A stretch of 63,793 nucleotides of DNA, filler included, from Piptocephalis cylindrospora (GCA_003614145.1; 7 parts of 7 records of this genome joined end to end with filler, not necessarily neighbours in it), one strand, 5' to 3'. Positions 33,360 to 45,827 are shown, numbered from the whole stretch's first letter. Translations and numbers: made by a program. Notes: generated by a model from the sequence alone, not told the origin.

Positions 33360-33620
33360 ATCGACAAAGGGAGTATCTCGACTGTCTGGAATGATTATCC
33401 TTTCTCTCATCAGGATGCATCTAGTGGGAGGGAGGTGCGGGAATGAATACGAGCTCTTTCCTTTATCTGCGAATAATATCGCTTGTGTAAGGGGATAATT
33501 GATTAATCCAAAGGCAAGGAAAGTTGGGCTGTATGGATAGACACGTATAAGGCAATTCATTCATTCAATCAACACATCCACATCCATACCCTCGTTCAGC
33601 CTTCACCACCCCTATTTCAT

Positions 33621-36512
33621 TTAGGTGTACGAAGAGGTGGAGGGGGCAAACTTACTAATCGTGGCAATGAGCTCATTGAACCTCAAGGGCTTGGTCACGT
33701 ACTCATCCATCCCGCAAGCAATGCACTTCTCCCGGTCTCCAATCATCGCGTGCGCCGTCAGCGCAATAATGGGGATATGTCGCGATTCATCCGTCTGAGA
33801 TCGTTCCCAGGCTCGAATCCGCTGAGTGGCCTCAAACCCACCCATAATCGGCATCTGCACGTCCATGAGGATCATGTCGTATTCGTCATTCCCGTTGATA
33901 ATGTCATCCACTGCTAGTTGACCATTGGAGACGATCGTGGTCTTGTGTCCGAACTTTTCGAGGATCCTCACCGCCAATTTCTGATTCACTACATTGTCCT
34001 CCGCTAGGAGGATCCGAAGTTGCGGCCGGTGTTGCCCTGCTGTATCCACCGTCACCACATGAGACTCCAGAGCGGGGAGAAGGGCATTCATGAGCTCGGC
34101 ATGCGTCAGCGGTTCCTGGATGTACGAGGCAATGCCTAGATCAATGCACGTCTTCATCTTGAGCCTAGGTCGCGTCAGGAGGAGGAGAACAATGGGGACG
34201 AATCGAAGGGATGGTACCGACCGGATCTTCTCCACCAAGGATAGGTCGTCCACAATTACTGTATCGTATATGGAGGACACTCGGTTCTTACTGGCAAAGG
34301 TCGCTGCCTCCTCCACTGTCATGGCCGGTTGAGGTCGGAGCTTCAGCTCTCGGAGCATCGTGCTTAGTCGTTCACACAGGGAGGATGCCACTGTGTTGAG
34401 GATCAAAACTGATCGATGCTGATATGGGGAGAGTCTCTTCTCCAGTTGTGTCATCGGCATATTTCCAAGTCGGACCCGGACAGTGAAAAAGAACTCGGAC
34501 CCCTCCCCGTAACGGGACTCTACCCACATCTTCCCCGCCCATTAGATTAACAAAGCGTTTAGAAATGGCCAGACCAAGACCTGTTCCCCCGAACTTTCGG
34601 GTGGTGGATCCATCCGCCTGCTGGAAGGTATCAAAGATGAGAGATACCTTGTCCTTTTGGATACCTATCCCTGTGTCCTTGACCTTAAAGAGGAGTTCAA
34701 CACTCTCGGGTTCCTCTTCATCTTCATCATCCTCTCCATTGGCATTGCCTCCTGAGCGACGCTTCCGACGACCAATTCCTAGTTCGTCCTCTTCGTCCTC
34801 CTCATCCTCCTCATCCTCCTCGTCCTCTTCTTCGTCTCTTCGGGTATGCGCTGCCCATTCTTCCTCCCCGTACATCCAAGCTTCCTCTTCCCGACGTCTC
34901 CTCCTACTCCCAGCTCCACCCTTTCTCCTTCCACCTCCTCCAAGCCCCTGTCTATCCGCAGATCCTATACCGGAAAGTCCAAGCTTGGGTGGGAACATGC
35001 CTCCCCCCCCTCCCATGGAGGGAAGGATGGGGATGGTGGTGGGTCCACCGGTGATGATGGAGCCGGGCCCGGCCATTGGCTGTAAAGCCGAGGAGGCCGT
35101 GACTCCAGTGCAGATGGACTCGACTGAATCCCCGACAATGACCATGGTGTCATCTTGACCCCCAGTAGCATCCCCGGATCCAGGTAACCTGCCCTCGGCT
35201 TCAGCCTCTCCCTCGTACCGCTTGACCGTGAGGAGGATGGCACCATCACTGGTGAACTTGATGGCATTCCCGATTAGGTTGGTGATGACCTGCCTCACCC
35301 GAAGGGGATCCCCGACCAGCTGATCTGGAATGGAGGAATCCACTTCGTACAACAGATCCAGCTTCTTCTGACTAGCCTTGGCTGTCAGGGACTTGAGGAC
35401 GCCAAAGACCGAGGTCTGGAGGGAGAAAGGGGTTTGCTCAATGACCAACTTGTTCGCCTCAATTTTAGAGATATCCAAGATGTCATCGATGATAGTCAGG
35501 AGGGAATTGGCCAGGGAGGAGACGATCATGAGGTTTTCCCGTTGCTGTCGGTTCAACTCCGTCTCCAAGGTTAGAGTGGTCATGCCGATGATGCCGTTCA
35601 TAGGCGTACGGATCTCATGAGACATGTTGGCGAGGAACTCGGACTTGGCCCGATTGGCCAACTCGGCGGCTTCCCTGGCCGCTGTGTTCTTCTGGATGGA
35701 CTCGCGCAACTTGTAGACCATTTGATTGATCTTGGTCTTGAGACTATCCATCTCCCCAGAGGCCTCAATGGTGATGAATCGAGTAAAATCTCCGTCTGTC
35801 GCGGCGGCCGTAATCTGACCAAAGGCCCTGACCTGGGAGGTAAGGTTATTGGCCATCATGTTGACATTCTCCGTCAGGGACTCCCAGGTCCCGGCCACAT
35901 CCTTGACCACGGCTTGACCTCCAAGCTTGCCCTCAGACCCCACTTCAAGAGCCACCCTGGTGACCTCGGTGGCAAAGATTTGCAACTGATCCACCATGGT
36001 ATTGATGGTATTCTTCAGATCCAGGATCTCTCCCTTACTACTCACGGTGATCTTCTTGGACAAATCACCCCGAGCCACGGCCTTGGATACCGATGCGATA
36101 TCTCGGACTTGATCGGTCAAATTTGCCGCCATCGTATTCACCTAGGGTGGGAAAGAAAAACAGTCAGTAAGGAGTAGTGAGATCAGCAGCGGGAGTAGCA
36201 TCATCAAAAAAAAACGCACATTATCCGTCAAGTCCTTCCAGGTGCCGGCAACGTCCTTGACAATGGCTTGACCCCCGAGTTTCCCGTCAGTCCCGACCTC
36301 CCGAGCTACCCGAGTGACCTCGGAAGCAAAGGTACGAAGCTGGTCGACCATGGAGTTAACGGTATTCTTCAACTCAAGGATCTCGCCCTGGACATCCACT
36401 GAGATTTTCTTGGAGAGATCACCACAGGCTACGGCCGTGGTGACCTCGGCAATGGACCGAACTTGGGTGGTGAGGTTGGTGGCCATGGTATTGACATTGT
36501 CCTTGAGATCCT
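33621..36512 (-). CDS. NIK1: Group III hybrid histidine kinase (Nik1/Os-1 type), 5'-truncated, with one apparent frameshift at ~34535
   Basis: Poly-HAMP repeats ([25 protein letters not shown]), H-box [22 protein letters not shown]-box [10 protein letters not shown]1 [25 protein letters not shown], and receiver LLAEDN...ILMDVQMP...IIALTA...KP. Intron 36219-36142. Confidence 0.95.
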
Positions 36513-37656
36513 NNNNNNNNNNNNNNNNNNNNNNNNNNNNNNNNNNNNNNNNNNNNTTAATTAATTAANNNNNNNNNNNNNNNNNNNNNNNNNNNNNNNN
36601 NNNNNNNNNNNNTTCCTTACATGTCTGTGTCCTTGCTTTGACGTCCGGTCGACATGGTGGGTACGTTGATACCAAGAACCCTCTACTACTAATGCATCTG
36701 ACTAGATCCAAGGGAGGTTTAATGTGTGCAAAATAAAAGACAGGTGTTCCCGTTTGTTGCCCTTAATACTAAGAATAATAATACCATCTAGGGAAAATTA
36801 CTCCTTTCATACCGCCAACGCCGTCTTGATTATCTGCTCCTTTCTTTTAATAATGCAGCTCGTACACGAGGTTGGTCTATTCACTTGATCCCTATCTAGG
36901 GGTATCATACATTAGTTCTTGCGTTTTGCACTTGCACCATCTCAGTAGCTTTGCCCATTAACCATCCCTCCAATCTTATCTACCACCTATTCCCCCAATC
37001 TTACACGTACTATCTCCTCTCCTCTCCTCTCCTCCCCTCTCCTTCCCCTCACATCCCATGACTAGCGATCTAGACGGAGTCAAACAGACATGAGACATCG
37101 ATTGGCCAAATGCACTCTGGGATGCTTGGTGAGTCTCCAACATTCCGCCAAGACATTTCAAGCCCCGTTCCATCATTTATTGGGCATAGGATCCAATCTC
37201 CGATCCTTCTCTTCATACACAGATTTCACCAGTCCATAATGTCTTGTGCCCACCCTCCAAGGTAAGTGGGATAGCCGCTGCGCTCTTATCGTCCATACTC
37301 CGCACACTATCTTGACCATCAGACTCGGGTCCGTTTCCTTCCCCTGTGCCCTTCCATGATGACTGGGACCTCAGCATTTCCTGTCAATATCCTCTCATAT
37401 GAGCTAGGACTGCATTGCCCTACTCCTATCTGCTCCATTTGCCGCCACACTTGAGTCCTATATCAGACAGCCTGCTCTCTGACCCCAAGCGTCCTTTTTG
37501 ACACTTTTCTTTCTGTATCCTCACTCTCTCTTCCTTTTTGTCGTTGTCATCGTCGTTACGCTCTTTGAGTTGACTTTGCTCTTGCCTCGTTTATTCCCCG
37601 CTGCCAAACTCACTGATCCCTCCTCCTTATCGACTTGACTCTCCCCCAAATTCCTC

Positions 37657-37740
37657 TTTTCCTTCATCCCTTTCCTTCATCCCTTTCCTTCATCCCTTTC
37701 CTTCATCCCTTTCCTTCATCCCTTTCCTTCCTTCCTTCCT
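37657..37740 (+). repeat. Tandem repeat (TTTCCTTCATCCC) x about 5 upstream of the kinase
   Basis: Read directly from the sequence. Confidence 0.9.
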
Positions 37741-37822
37741 TCCGTTCTTTCTTTCCTTTTCCTTCCCTCTTCCTTCCCTCTTCCTCCCCCCCCATCACCC
37801 TTCTTCCTCATCCCCCCTCGAC

Positions 37823-39025
37823 ATGGATAGTGCAATCTCGGTAGATGATTACGAGGTGACCTCGGATCAGCTGGGCAGCGGTCGAGAAGGCTCCGTCATC
37901 CTGGCTTACGACCGACGCTGCGACCCAGGTTACGCCTCCTCCATTGGCTCCGATCTCAGTTGCTCCACAGCTCACTCGACCTTGTCCTCCTCTTCTACCA
38001 TCGCCCCGTCCACCATCACATTTGCATCAGGTACTAAGACTTTTCCCGATACTCCTCCATCATCCTATTCCTCCTCCCTCTCCTCCCCAAAGCGTATCCT
38101 GGCCGTCAAGCGTATTAAGCACACGGGTACAGGCTCCCGGGAATATGCCGATGCAGTGCGTCAGGCTAGTATCCTCCTCATGCTTAAGCAACGTCGATGT
38201 CCCAATATTGTGAACTTTATTGGAATTGTCCATCCGTCCGATTCGTACGTCGATCTTATCCTTTCGGCCTGTGGTCGGGAGAATCTCATTCAGCGGGCAT
38301 TGCGGGATTCCCAGACCCGAAGACACCCTGGAGAACGTTCAACTCACGCTCCTGGGGGTCAGATGATGGGACCGGCCATGAGTGCCAAGGACCGAGAGCA
38401 CTATGTCAAGGGAATCATCCGCCAGCTGGTGCGGGCCGTGGCAGGAATGCACGAGCACCACGTCGTTCACCTAGACATTAAGCCCGAGAACATCATGGTG
38501 GACGCCCGAGGTCATGTCACCCTCGTGGATTTTGGCTCGGCACGCTACGTCGCCTCTGAGGACCTTATTCTCCCCTTGGACTTTACCCATCAGTACCTGG
38601 CTCCTGAAGGTGTGTACTGGACCAATGTCCATCGCACGGCCCAGAAGTCCCAGCCGGCCGGGGCCGCCGAACTAGTCCTTCGCTTGCCCATGGCCCACCG
38701 GTGTCTCCTTAAGGCTCTGGACGTCTGGGCCATTGGTGTGGTTACCTACTCACTTCTAGCGCTTCGACACCCCTTTAATCCTCCAGCCTCCTTTACTCCA
38801 CCGGAGCTGGAGACCTGGCTCCTGTCCCTTGAGGGAGAGCAAGCCTTGCGTCCTCCCACAGCAGGGGGAAAAGCTTGGGAGTTTGTGCGGGCCTCTATGC
38901 GGTCCGATCATTCCCGTATCCTAGGTCAACTTCGTGGATCAAATAGCCTTACCTCCCACAGCAAAGGACCAGCCCGCCCCACGATCCAGGAACTGGCGGG
39001 GATGCGGTGGTTGACCTCCCGATGA
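37823..39025 (+). CDS. Ser/Thr protein kinase (divergent, CAMK-like, non-RD)
   Basis: LGSGREGSV, LAVKRI, HLDIKPENIMV, DFGSA, YLAPE, DVWAIGVVTY. Intronless. Confidence 0.9.
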   Translation: MDSAISVDDYEVTSDQLGSGREGSVILAYDRRCDPGYASSIGSDLSCSTAHSTLSSSSTIAPSTITFASGTKTFPDTPPSSYSSSLSSPKRILAVKRIKHTGTGSREYADAVRQASILLMLKQRRCPNIVNFIGIVHPSDSYVDLILSACGRENLIQRALRDSQTRRHPGERSTHAPGGQMMGPAMSAKDREHYVKGIIRQLVRAVAGMHEHHVVHLDIKPENIMVDARGHVTLVDFGSARYVASEDLILPLDFTHQYLAPEGVYWTNVHRTAQKSQPAGAAELVLRLPMAHRCLLKALDVWAIGVVTYSLLALRHPFNPPASFTPPELETWLLSLEGEQALRPPTAGGKAWEFVRASMRSDHSRILGQLRGSNSLTSHSKGPARPTIQELAGMRWLTSR

Positions 39026-39255
39026 CCCACTCCCTCTTCTTTCTTTCTTGATTGTATCCACCAAAGGATAGCTGGATTCAACGGCATCCTGTATGATGAA
39101 AATGTCTTATCCCCCCTTTTCTCCTTCAAAACCGATTTCTGTTTTTTCCTTCTTACTACACAGGCCTACAAGGAGCCTGGAGCGGCATTATGGGCATGTT
39201 TATTTCCATTCCCATCCAAGAAAGTAGACAGGAGGCACATGTTCACACAATCGCA

Positions 39256-39870
39256 TCAAGGCGACCCTTCCTCCATCTCTCGTTCCCTTCGGGTATGGAT
39301 CTTCTTTCCCCGTTTAGTCAGGTATTCCTCGAGGATATCGGCGTTCTTGAGGTTGCTCGTGTACATCATATCCAGCATATCCCCAATAAGGGGGACAAAG
39401 CCAATAGCGGTATCGATAGCTACATTAATGAACATCTTGCTCATGATGTGTGGGGGAATGTTGGCCTCATGTAAGTCTCGCATGGCGTAGAGGGAAAGGG
39501 CCGTCCCGGCAAAGTCTCCGATGACCGGGACAAGACCAACGAGGGGATCGACGCCGAGATGACAGCATCCACAGCACCGGTGCTTCCCATCTAGCCACTC
39601 AGCCCGACTACGGTACCTGGCCATAACCACGGCATCCTCTGTTGTCATATAGGGATAGCGCTTTTGGAGCTTCTTGAGCTTGCGTGCTGAGATATGCACG
39701 GTCTTTTTCTTTTTGGATGTTGCAGATGATGATGCATTCCCTCGAGGGGTGCTGGTATCTTGGACCGGGATTATGGCAGGGTTAGAGGAAGAAGTACTTG
39801 CGCTGGAGGAGGCCGCGGCAATTCTTGAATCCTCCGTAGGAGCTGGGGGATGAGTTGAGCGAAACCACAT
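39256..39870 (-). CDS. DUF4112 domain protein
   Basis: AEWLD...GVDPLVGLVPVIGD...IPPHIMSKMFINVAIDTAIGFVPLIGDMLD...NLKNADILE matches the DUF4112 pattern. Confidence 0.9.
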   Translation of the reverse strand: MWFRSTHPPAPTEDSRIAAASSSASTSSSNPAIIPVQDTSTPRGNASSSATSKKKKTVHISARKLKKLQKRYPYMTTEDAVVMARYRSRAEWLDGKHRCCGCCHLGVDPLVGLVPVIGDFAGTALSLYAMRDLHEANIPPHIMSKMFINVAIDTAIGFVPLIGDMLDMMYTSNLKNADILEEYLTKRGKKIHTRREREMEEGSP

Positions 39871-40968
39871 ACTGGAGAAAGAGACTGATACGAATAAGGT
39901 ATCGAGGAGAACGAGGAGGGAGGGAGGGAGGAGGAGGAATCAGAGAGAACGTATTATTATAGCAAGATGCCCTAGGGTAGTACGGTACAAGAGAGATGAG
40001 GAGGGGAATGACGGATGATGATTGCTTAGCGGAAAGGTAAAATAGGGAATAGGGCAGAGAAGAGTGATGAATGTGCCAAGACAGAGTCGTGGAGCGTGAT
40101 GGCATACACCTAAAAGGGGCCAACCTTGGATAGATATACTCATACAGCTCGTTGTATGCAGATGGGTGTGTGCCACTTGAGAGCCACAGCGGAGAGCTGA
40201 TCTAGTCTGATCCTATCTATCTGTCTGGTGCACCCCCCATGCCTTGGCGCTGTTCCACCCTCCCACCAGGTGACACCAAGTGCACATATCCCCGCTCTGT
40301 CTGAACGGTTTGAGCGAGCCAGGGTGTCTCGGCCTTCATAGAGGTCAGTCAAACATATGTCATGGCCTGTCATGGTCAGGTGAATGGTAATGGAATCCAG
40401 GGTATGATATCATGCTTGTTTCGTGTCTTCCTTCATATGCCTGAGGAGGACGAAGCTGGATATAACTTTGTTCTTGATCTAGCCGTGACTGACGGTAATG
40501 ACTAGAAAATATGCCCAACACGGTTGAGGATGGGTTCGGGGGTTTGAAGGTATGTTATCTTCGTGGTCCGACCAAGGCTTTCTGTAAGGCCTATCGGACG
40601 ATACTGTGGATCATGTCTAGATATACTAATAGTAATAATAACCGGTTGTATATGCCGTTAATGTCCTTGCCCTTGCGTCCATTATTATGTACCTGAATCT
40701 CCACACATGAGGATACATGAGACATACTCATTTCTCACATTAGTATTATTATTATCATTGAGGTATCCGTCTCTTCCATACTTCACTTATCTTGGAGATG
40801 GTTCAATGAGACTTCTTTTCACTGGGGATACTCTATGCTGATGTAAAATACCCCATCCTGCTTAGGCAAGGGAAGACCATTGCCCTTTTTCCTTCCCCTA
40901 CCTCCTCCCACTCTAGCTTGCCCCCATGCACTAGATCCTCCTCCTCCTCCTCCTCACTTCCCTCCTCG

Positions 40969-42792
40969 ATGGATACACAATCCTCCACACTCCCTTCCCA
41001 TGAACCTTGGAGAAGTGCTCTCAACGTCCTTATCATTGTAATCGAGGCCATATCCATCACATCCTTGCTTCTCTTCCTTCTCCTGGCTATGGTCGTGGCA
41101 TGGTGGAAGCCGGGTATCTTAGGCTACTGTAGTATACGGCTCATCTTGTATAATGTAATCGCGAGCCTCGGGTTTTCCATCTCGACCCTTGCACTCGCAG
41201 AGATTCCCCAAAACTCTAATGGGGTCCCATGGTTGCGATGGTTCCACGTATCCTTTGCTCTGCTCACAGTTTCCCTTTTTTCCTGCTCAGCCTTTAACCT
41301 TCTCATCGTACTGAAACATGGGAAGACCAATATCCGATGGTGGAAGGAGTTTCTTGGTATGCTCCTTCTGCCGGTCCTTTTTTCTTTCCTGGTTGCGGCT
41401 TTTCCTCTCTTTTTTGGCGTCTACAATAGGGACCTCGAGCGAATCTTTCCGTGGCCTGTGCCACTGCGGAAGGACACAATTGGATGGATCTGGGGCTTTT
41501 ACACAGGTCCCCTCATTGCCTTGATCATCTTGTCAACCTATTTTTCCATCCGGGTTCTTTTGCATTTGCATCATCTGGAAGATGCCTTACTCGATGTTGC
41601 GTCTAACCACGAAGATACAGATCTTCCTGAATCGCCAATCTCTTCTCGACCAACCTCACATTCCTTTTCAGCCCGGTCCGGCGGGTCCTACTGCTCCTCA
41701 AACCGATCCTCCGCGGGGTATCCAATACCCTCTCCTAGCTCTGCCCACTCATCACAACACGATTACTTTTATTCTCCCAGACTGGTTTCTGGCCATTCAG
41801 CATCACCATTGTCATCGTACCCAGCTCAATCTCCCTCTCGATCTTCTACTCCTCCTACCCCGTCCCATTCCTCCACTATCATTCCTCTATCCCAGTATTT
41901 TGTTCCTCCTTCTCTATCCAAATACTCTACTCCTCCCGAATCTCCTCGAAGAAGTACTATCGCTCCGACCACCGCCAGTGCACCCCATCCAATGAATTCT
42001 TCGGATGAGGGTGGCAGGCCACAATCACCTCACCTAGCTCAATCTACCAGAAATCTGCGTCGATCGAGCGTGATATCATGGGCAGAGAGCCAGTCCGTTG
42101 ACCAGTACCACTCCTATCCCACTACACCTGTACAGGTTGTTCGGTCCTCCTTTACATTGTCTCGCCCCGACGTGTCGCAAAGAGCCCAGGGCCATCGGAC
42201 GCTAGCCACGGTCAAGTTAGCCAAGCGCCGTGTGGTCATCTACCCTCTACTACCGCTCGTGGTTCATGGGGTAAACATTGCATTTATCTGTGATGCCTCA
42301 ATCCACCAAATTATCAACTATCCTTTGGCTTATGTGGCCTTTGTGTTCCTTTGCCTGCAGGGCGTCCTTGGAGTTTGCGCCTTGATACTATGCGATCCGT
42401 CGGTCCACCGAGTGCGGCACAAGGTCAAGACCGAGCTCATCAATCGGTATGTCATCCAGTATGAAGTGATGCAGGAGATGAGTCTAAATCTACGGATTCA
42501 CTACAGGCATCCAAGGACTGCAAGTTTCATCAATTGGGCTCTTTCCCGATGGTATCCAAAGTCCAGACCCCCCCCACACGGATATATCCAATCGTATCTC
42601 CATTTCCCATCTGGGGCTTTCCCTTCCTCTGCGCTCAATTTATCCCGCCCATCATCCTTTGCTCCAGTTCATCTGGATCCACTGGCCGGAGACCCTTCCC
42701 TCTTTCCTGTTGTGGAACGTGATAGTGAAGACAGCGAAGAATTCCCTCTCTCCTCCACTTCTAGCAGAACACACACCTTTACTTCATCCTGA
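40969..42792 (+). CDS. 7TM GPCR-like protein (cAMP-receptor/Git3-like) with long Ser/Pro-rich third intracellular loop
   Basis: Five hydrophobic helices, a ~200-aa loop, then LAKRRVVIYPLLPLVVH and YPLAYVAFVFLCLQGV...DPSV. Intronless. Paralogous to the next gene. Confidence 0.75.
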   Translation: MDTQSSTLPSHEPWRSALNVLIIVIEAISITSLLLFLLLAMVVAWWKPGILGYCSIRLILYNVIASLGFSISTLALAEIPQNSNGVPWLRWFHVSFALLTVSLFSCSAFNLLIVLKHGKTNIRWWKEFLGMLLLPVLFSFLVAAFPLFFGVYNRDLERIFPWPVPLRKDTIGWIWGFYTGPLIALIILSTYFSIRVLLHLHHLEDALLDVASNHEDTDLPESPISSRPTSHSFSARSGGSYCSSNRSSAGYPIPSPSSAHSSQHDYFYSPRLVSGHSASPLSSYPAQSPSRSSTPPTPSHSSTIIPLSQYFVPPSLSKYSTPPESPRRSTIAPTTASAPHPMNSSDEGGRPQSPHLAQSTRNLRRSSVISWAESQSVDQYHSYPTTPVQVVRSSFTLSRPDVSQRAQGHRTLATVKLAKRRVVIYPLLPLVVHGVNIAFICDASIHQIINYPLAYVAFVFLCLQGVLGVCALILCDPSVHRVRHKVKTELINRYVIQYEVMQEMSLNLRIHYRHPRTASFINWALSRWYPKSRPPPHGYIQSYLHFPSGAFPSSALNLSRPSSFAPVHLDPLAGDPSLFPVVERDSEDSEEFPLSSTSSRTHTFTSS

Positions 42793-43306
42793 GCATTGAC
42801 TGATCCTTCTCGTGATAGTGACGAGCATAGTATTCTGTACTTGTAGAATGTAAAAGAATGTAATCAGTATCTTTGTATCCCCTCCTCATCTCTGTGATCA
42901 ATGAACCTCTCATCTGTGTCTCATGATGTAGGGTATGTATGTGTGTGCCAGATGCAGCTGAGAAATGACCTCTTTATGTGGGAAAGGGGCCATGCATATT
43001 CCTTCGATACGCCCTGTCCATTTTCCACCACTCCTCATCTGTCTCACTTACTGACTGACCGCCTTATTATTCACGAGTAAGTTCATTCGTCCCCGGCCCC
43101 TTTAGTATACTGACTCTTGGTGATGCGTTTATCACTAGGCATTACTCTTATTCTCGACGCTTTCCTCGCTCTATCTTTTTCCTTTCCTTCCTTATTTCTC
43201 TTCCTCTTTATATCCTCTTAATCATCCAATCCCGCCCTTTACCCTTCTTACCAGACCCCGCCATTATATTCTGGCATGCTCATAGCCCCCCTTCTAGTCA
43301 TCGGCC

Positions 43307-45616
43307 ATGTACATTGCCTCACCCAATTCAACATTGCAGACCGCCTTGGCGGTATCGGGTGCCCGTGTCTACCATCAATATGACCATACGATTATTCTAG
43401 ACCGGAATGGGAATGGTAGGTACCTATTCAACCTCATCACAATCCTCAACTCTATCTCCATTGGAGTCACCGGCTCCTTCCTTCTGGCGCTGACGGCACT
43501 GGCTGTGTGGAGGAGGTCAAGCGTGAACTACCCCAGTATCCGTCTGATATACGCCAGTGCTCTATCCCTCCTCGGCTTCGCCATTGTTATGCTGATCCTC
43601 ACCCACGAAAGCCCCCCATTTACGGGGATCGCCTTTCTTCGGTGGCTCTTCATTGCCTTTGCCCTTCTTCCCCTGAGCTTTTTGTGTTGTAGCGGGATCA
43701 ACTTCTTTTTCGTCCTGACGCATAGCCATTTACGGAATATGAGCTGGGTGCAGGAACTAATTCTATTCTATATGCTCCCCATTACCTTTTGCTTCCTCCT
43801 CCCGGCCTTTCCGCTCATATTCGGATACTTCTCCCTGAACAACCAAGGGAATTTTCCCTGGATCCTGCCGATCGGGCCCAACTCCAGCGGATGGATGTGG
43901 GCGACTTACGCTGCTCCCTCGATCTTATTTACCTCCATAGCCGCTATACTTGGGATGATCCTGTATACCAAGCTCAATTCGATGGAGCGGATGATTCGGC
44001 GAGCTCAACGGCAACAGCAAATCAGCGCGGATCAGGAAGGTTCACACCCTCAGGGGCTGTGGCATACACCGAGCCGAGGATCCCGTCATGCAACATACCT
44101 TGCCACTCCCAATCCCTTCCAAACCTCGCATCCCGCATCCACTTCTTCAGCTTACCCGACCGTAGTCATGGCCAAGAGACGGGCAAGGCGAATGAGTACC
44201 CGGCTGAACGGAGGCAGATATAGTGATGAGCGCCGCGCCTCCGAGATTATCCGTTTGGTCGCGCAAAATCCGGTACTAATGGCCATTAGTCATGGCCATA
44301 ATCAGGATAAATCCCCAGTCTACAATAAACGCAAGGGGTTATTTAAGCGGATGGGTCAAAGATGGAAGTTGGCCTTTGGGGGGGAACAGAAGCAAAGAGA
44401 AGCGGAAGAAGGGAGAGCCCGGATGGGGAGTACGGACGAGGGGTCATCCATCTCTTCATGCGGTTCATCTGAGTGCTTCTGCCGTCTAAGGACGCCTCCT
44501 GGATCATCGAGATTAGGTAGCGATGAACCAGCGGTTTCACCCTCACCTGCTGGGTCCTCGATGCGTCGAACGAGCTCCATTCCCGTACGCAGCCGATCTT
44601 CCTGCTCAAGTTATACAGCCAGTGAGGATCCCAGTCCTATTGCCTTGACAGGTTCATTCAATGCCTCCTCACCTTGCCCATCAGTCATCCCGACGGCCAT
44701 GTCGGCGGCCATTCCGAATACTGGGGATGTCGCAGTGCATACGATTACCCTGGCCAAGCGGCGCGTCATGGTTTACCCCATCCTCCCGCTTCTGATACAT
44801 CTACTCAACATCATCTTTGTTGCTCATTCCTCCTCGACCAACTGGGTCGTTCTTCCCCTGGCGTACGTGGCCTACACGTTCCTGTGTCTTCAAGGGGTCT
44901 TTGCACCAATAGTGTGGTGGACTCTGGATCCGGCGGTGAATCGGATCAAGGCTACGGCTAAACTAGAGCTAATCCATCGGTTCTTGGTGCAGTACGAGGA
45001 GGCCCAGATGATTCAAATGGACTTACGGAAGCTCTATCATTTCCATCGACTTGCCGCTGTGATCCATTGGATTCTTCTTTTCATGTATCCGCAAGAACCC
45101 GCGACGATAAGGAAAAGGTCGTGCCCTTCGATTACGGCGGATCTCGCGGCCAATCTGACCGATAGTCTCGCAATTCCACCAGGTGCATATGGAGGTGCGG
45201 GTGGTGTGAATCAGGGGAGAAGAGTGTCTTCGTATTCCACTCAAGGTAGCCCCTGGTCTGGAGCGACAGGGTCCACCACCACCTCCAATCTATCTCCAGG
45301 GATATCCTCGATCGCTTACCCCTCAGGATCTAGAGCGGATGGGCTTTCCATGGAGACTCTGTCTAAAGTGATTCAGAGGCGGTATGCTTCAATGCCTCAT
45401 CTGCACCCTCCGCCCGCTCCTCCTCCATCGACCTGGCCCTCCCCGGCCTCCTCCCCCGTCGTCATGACTACGACTCCAGGACTACAAATCCCCATCATAC
45501 GTACACCCTCTCCTTCAGTCCTGAACGCCACAGAGCCTTCATCAATGGCGAGGACCCCTCAGGATTCCATGGCAAGTGGCATCTTACCCTCTGCCGGCTA
45601 TTTTTCCTCTCCGACC
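43307..45616 (+). CDS. 7TM GPCR-like protein, tandem paralog of 40969-42792, 3'-truncated by contig end
   Basis: Shares SIRLI, FPW..P, W.W..Y..P, LAKRRVMVYPILPLLIH, PLAYVAYTFLCLQGV, DPAV.R...K.ELI.R...QYE with the preceding gene. Confidence 0.78.
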
Positions 45617-45827
45617 NNNNNNNNNNNNNNNNNNNNNNNNNNNNNNNNNNNNNNNNNNNNTTAATTAATTAANNNNNNNNNNNNNNNNNNNNNNNNNNNN
45701 NNNNNNNNNNNNNNNNGGCGATCCTCCCACCCCTTCCTCCTCCTCCTCCCCCTCCTCCTCCTACATCTGTCACCTCCCCTCCCCTCCCTCCCGCCCGCCC
45801 ATTCTCCTGGAACGCATGGCTCAGCGG

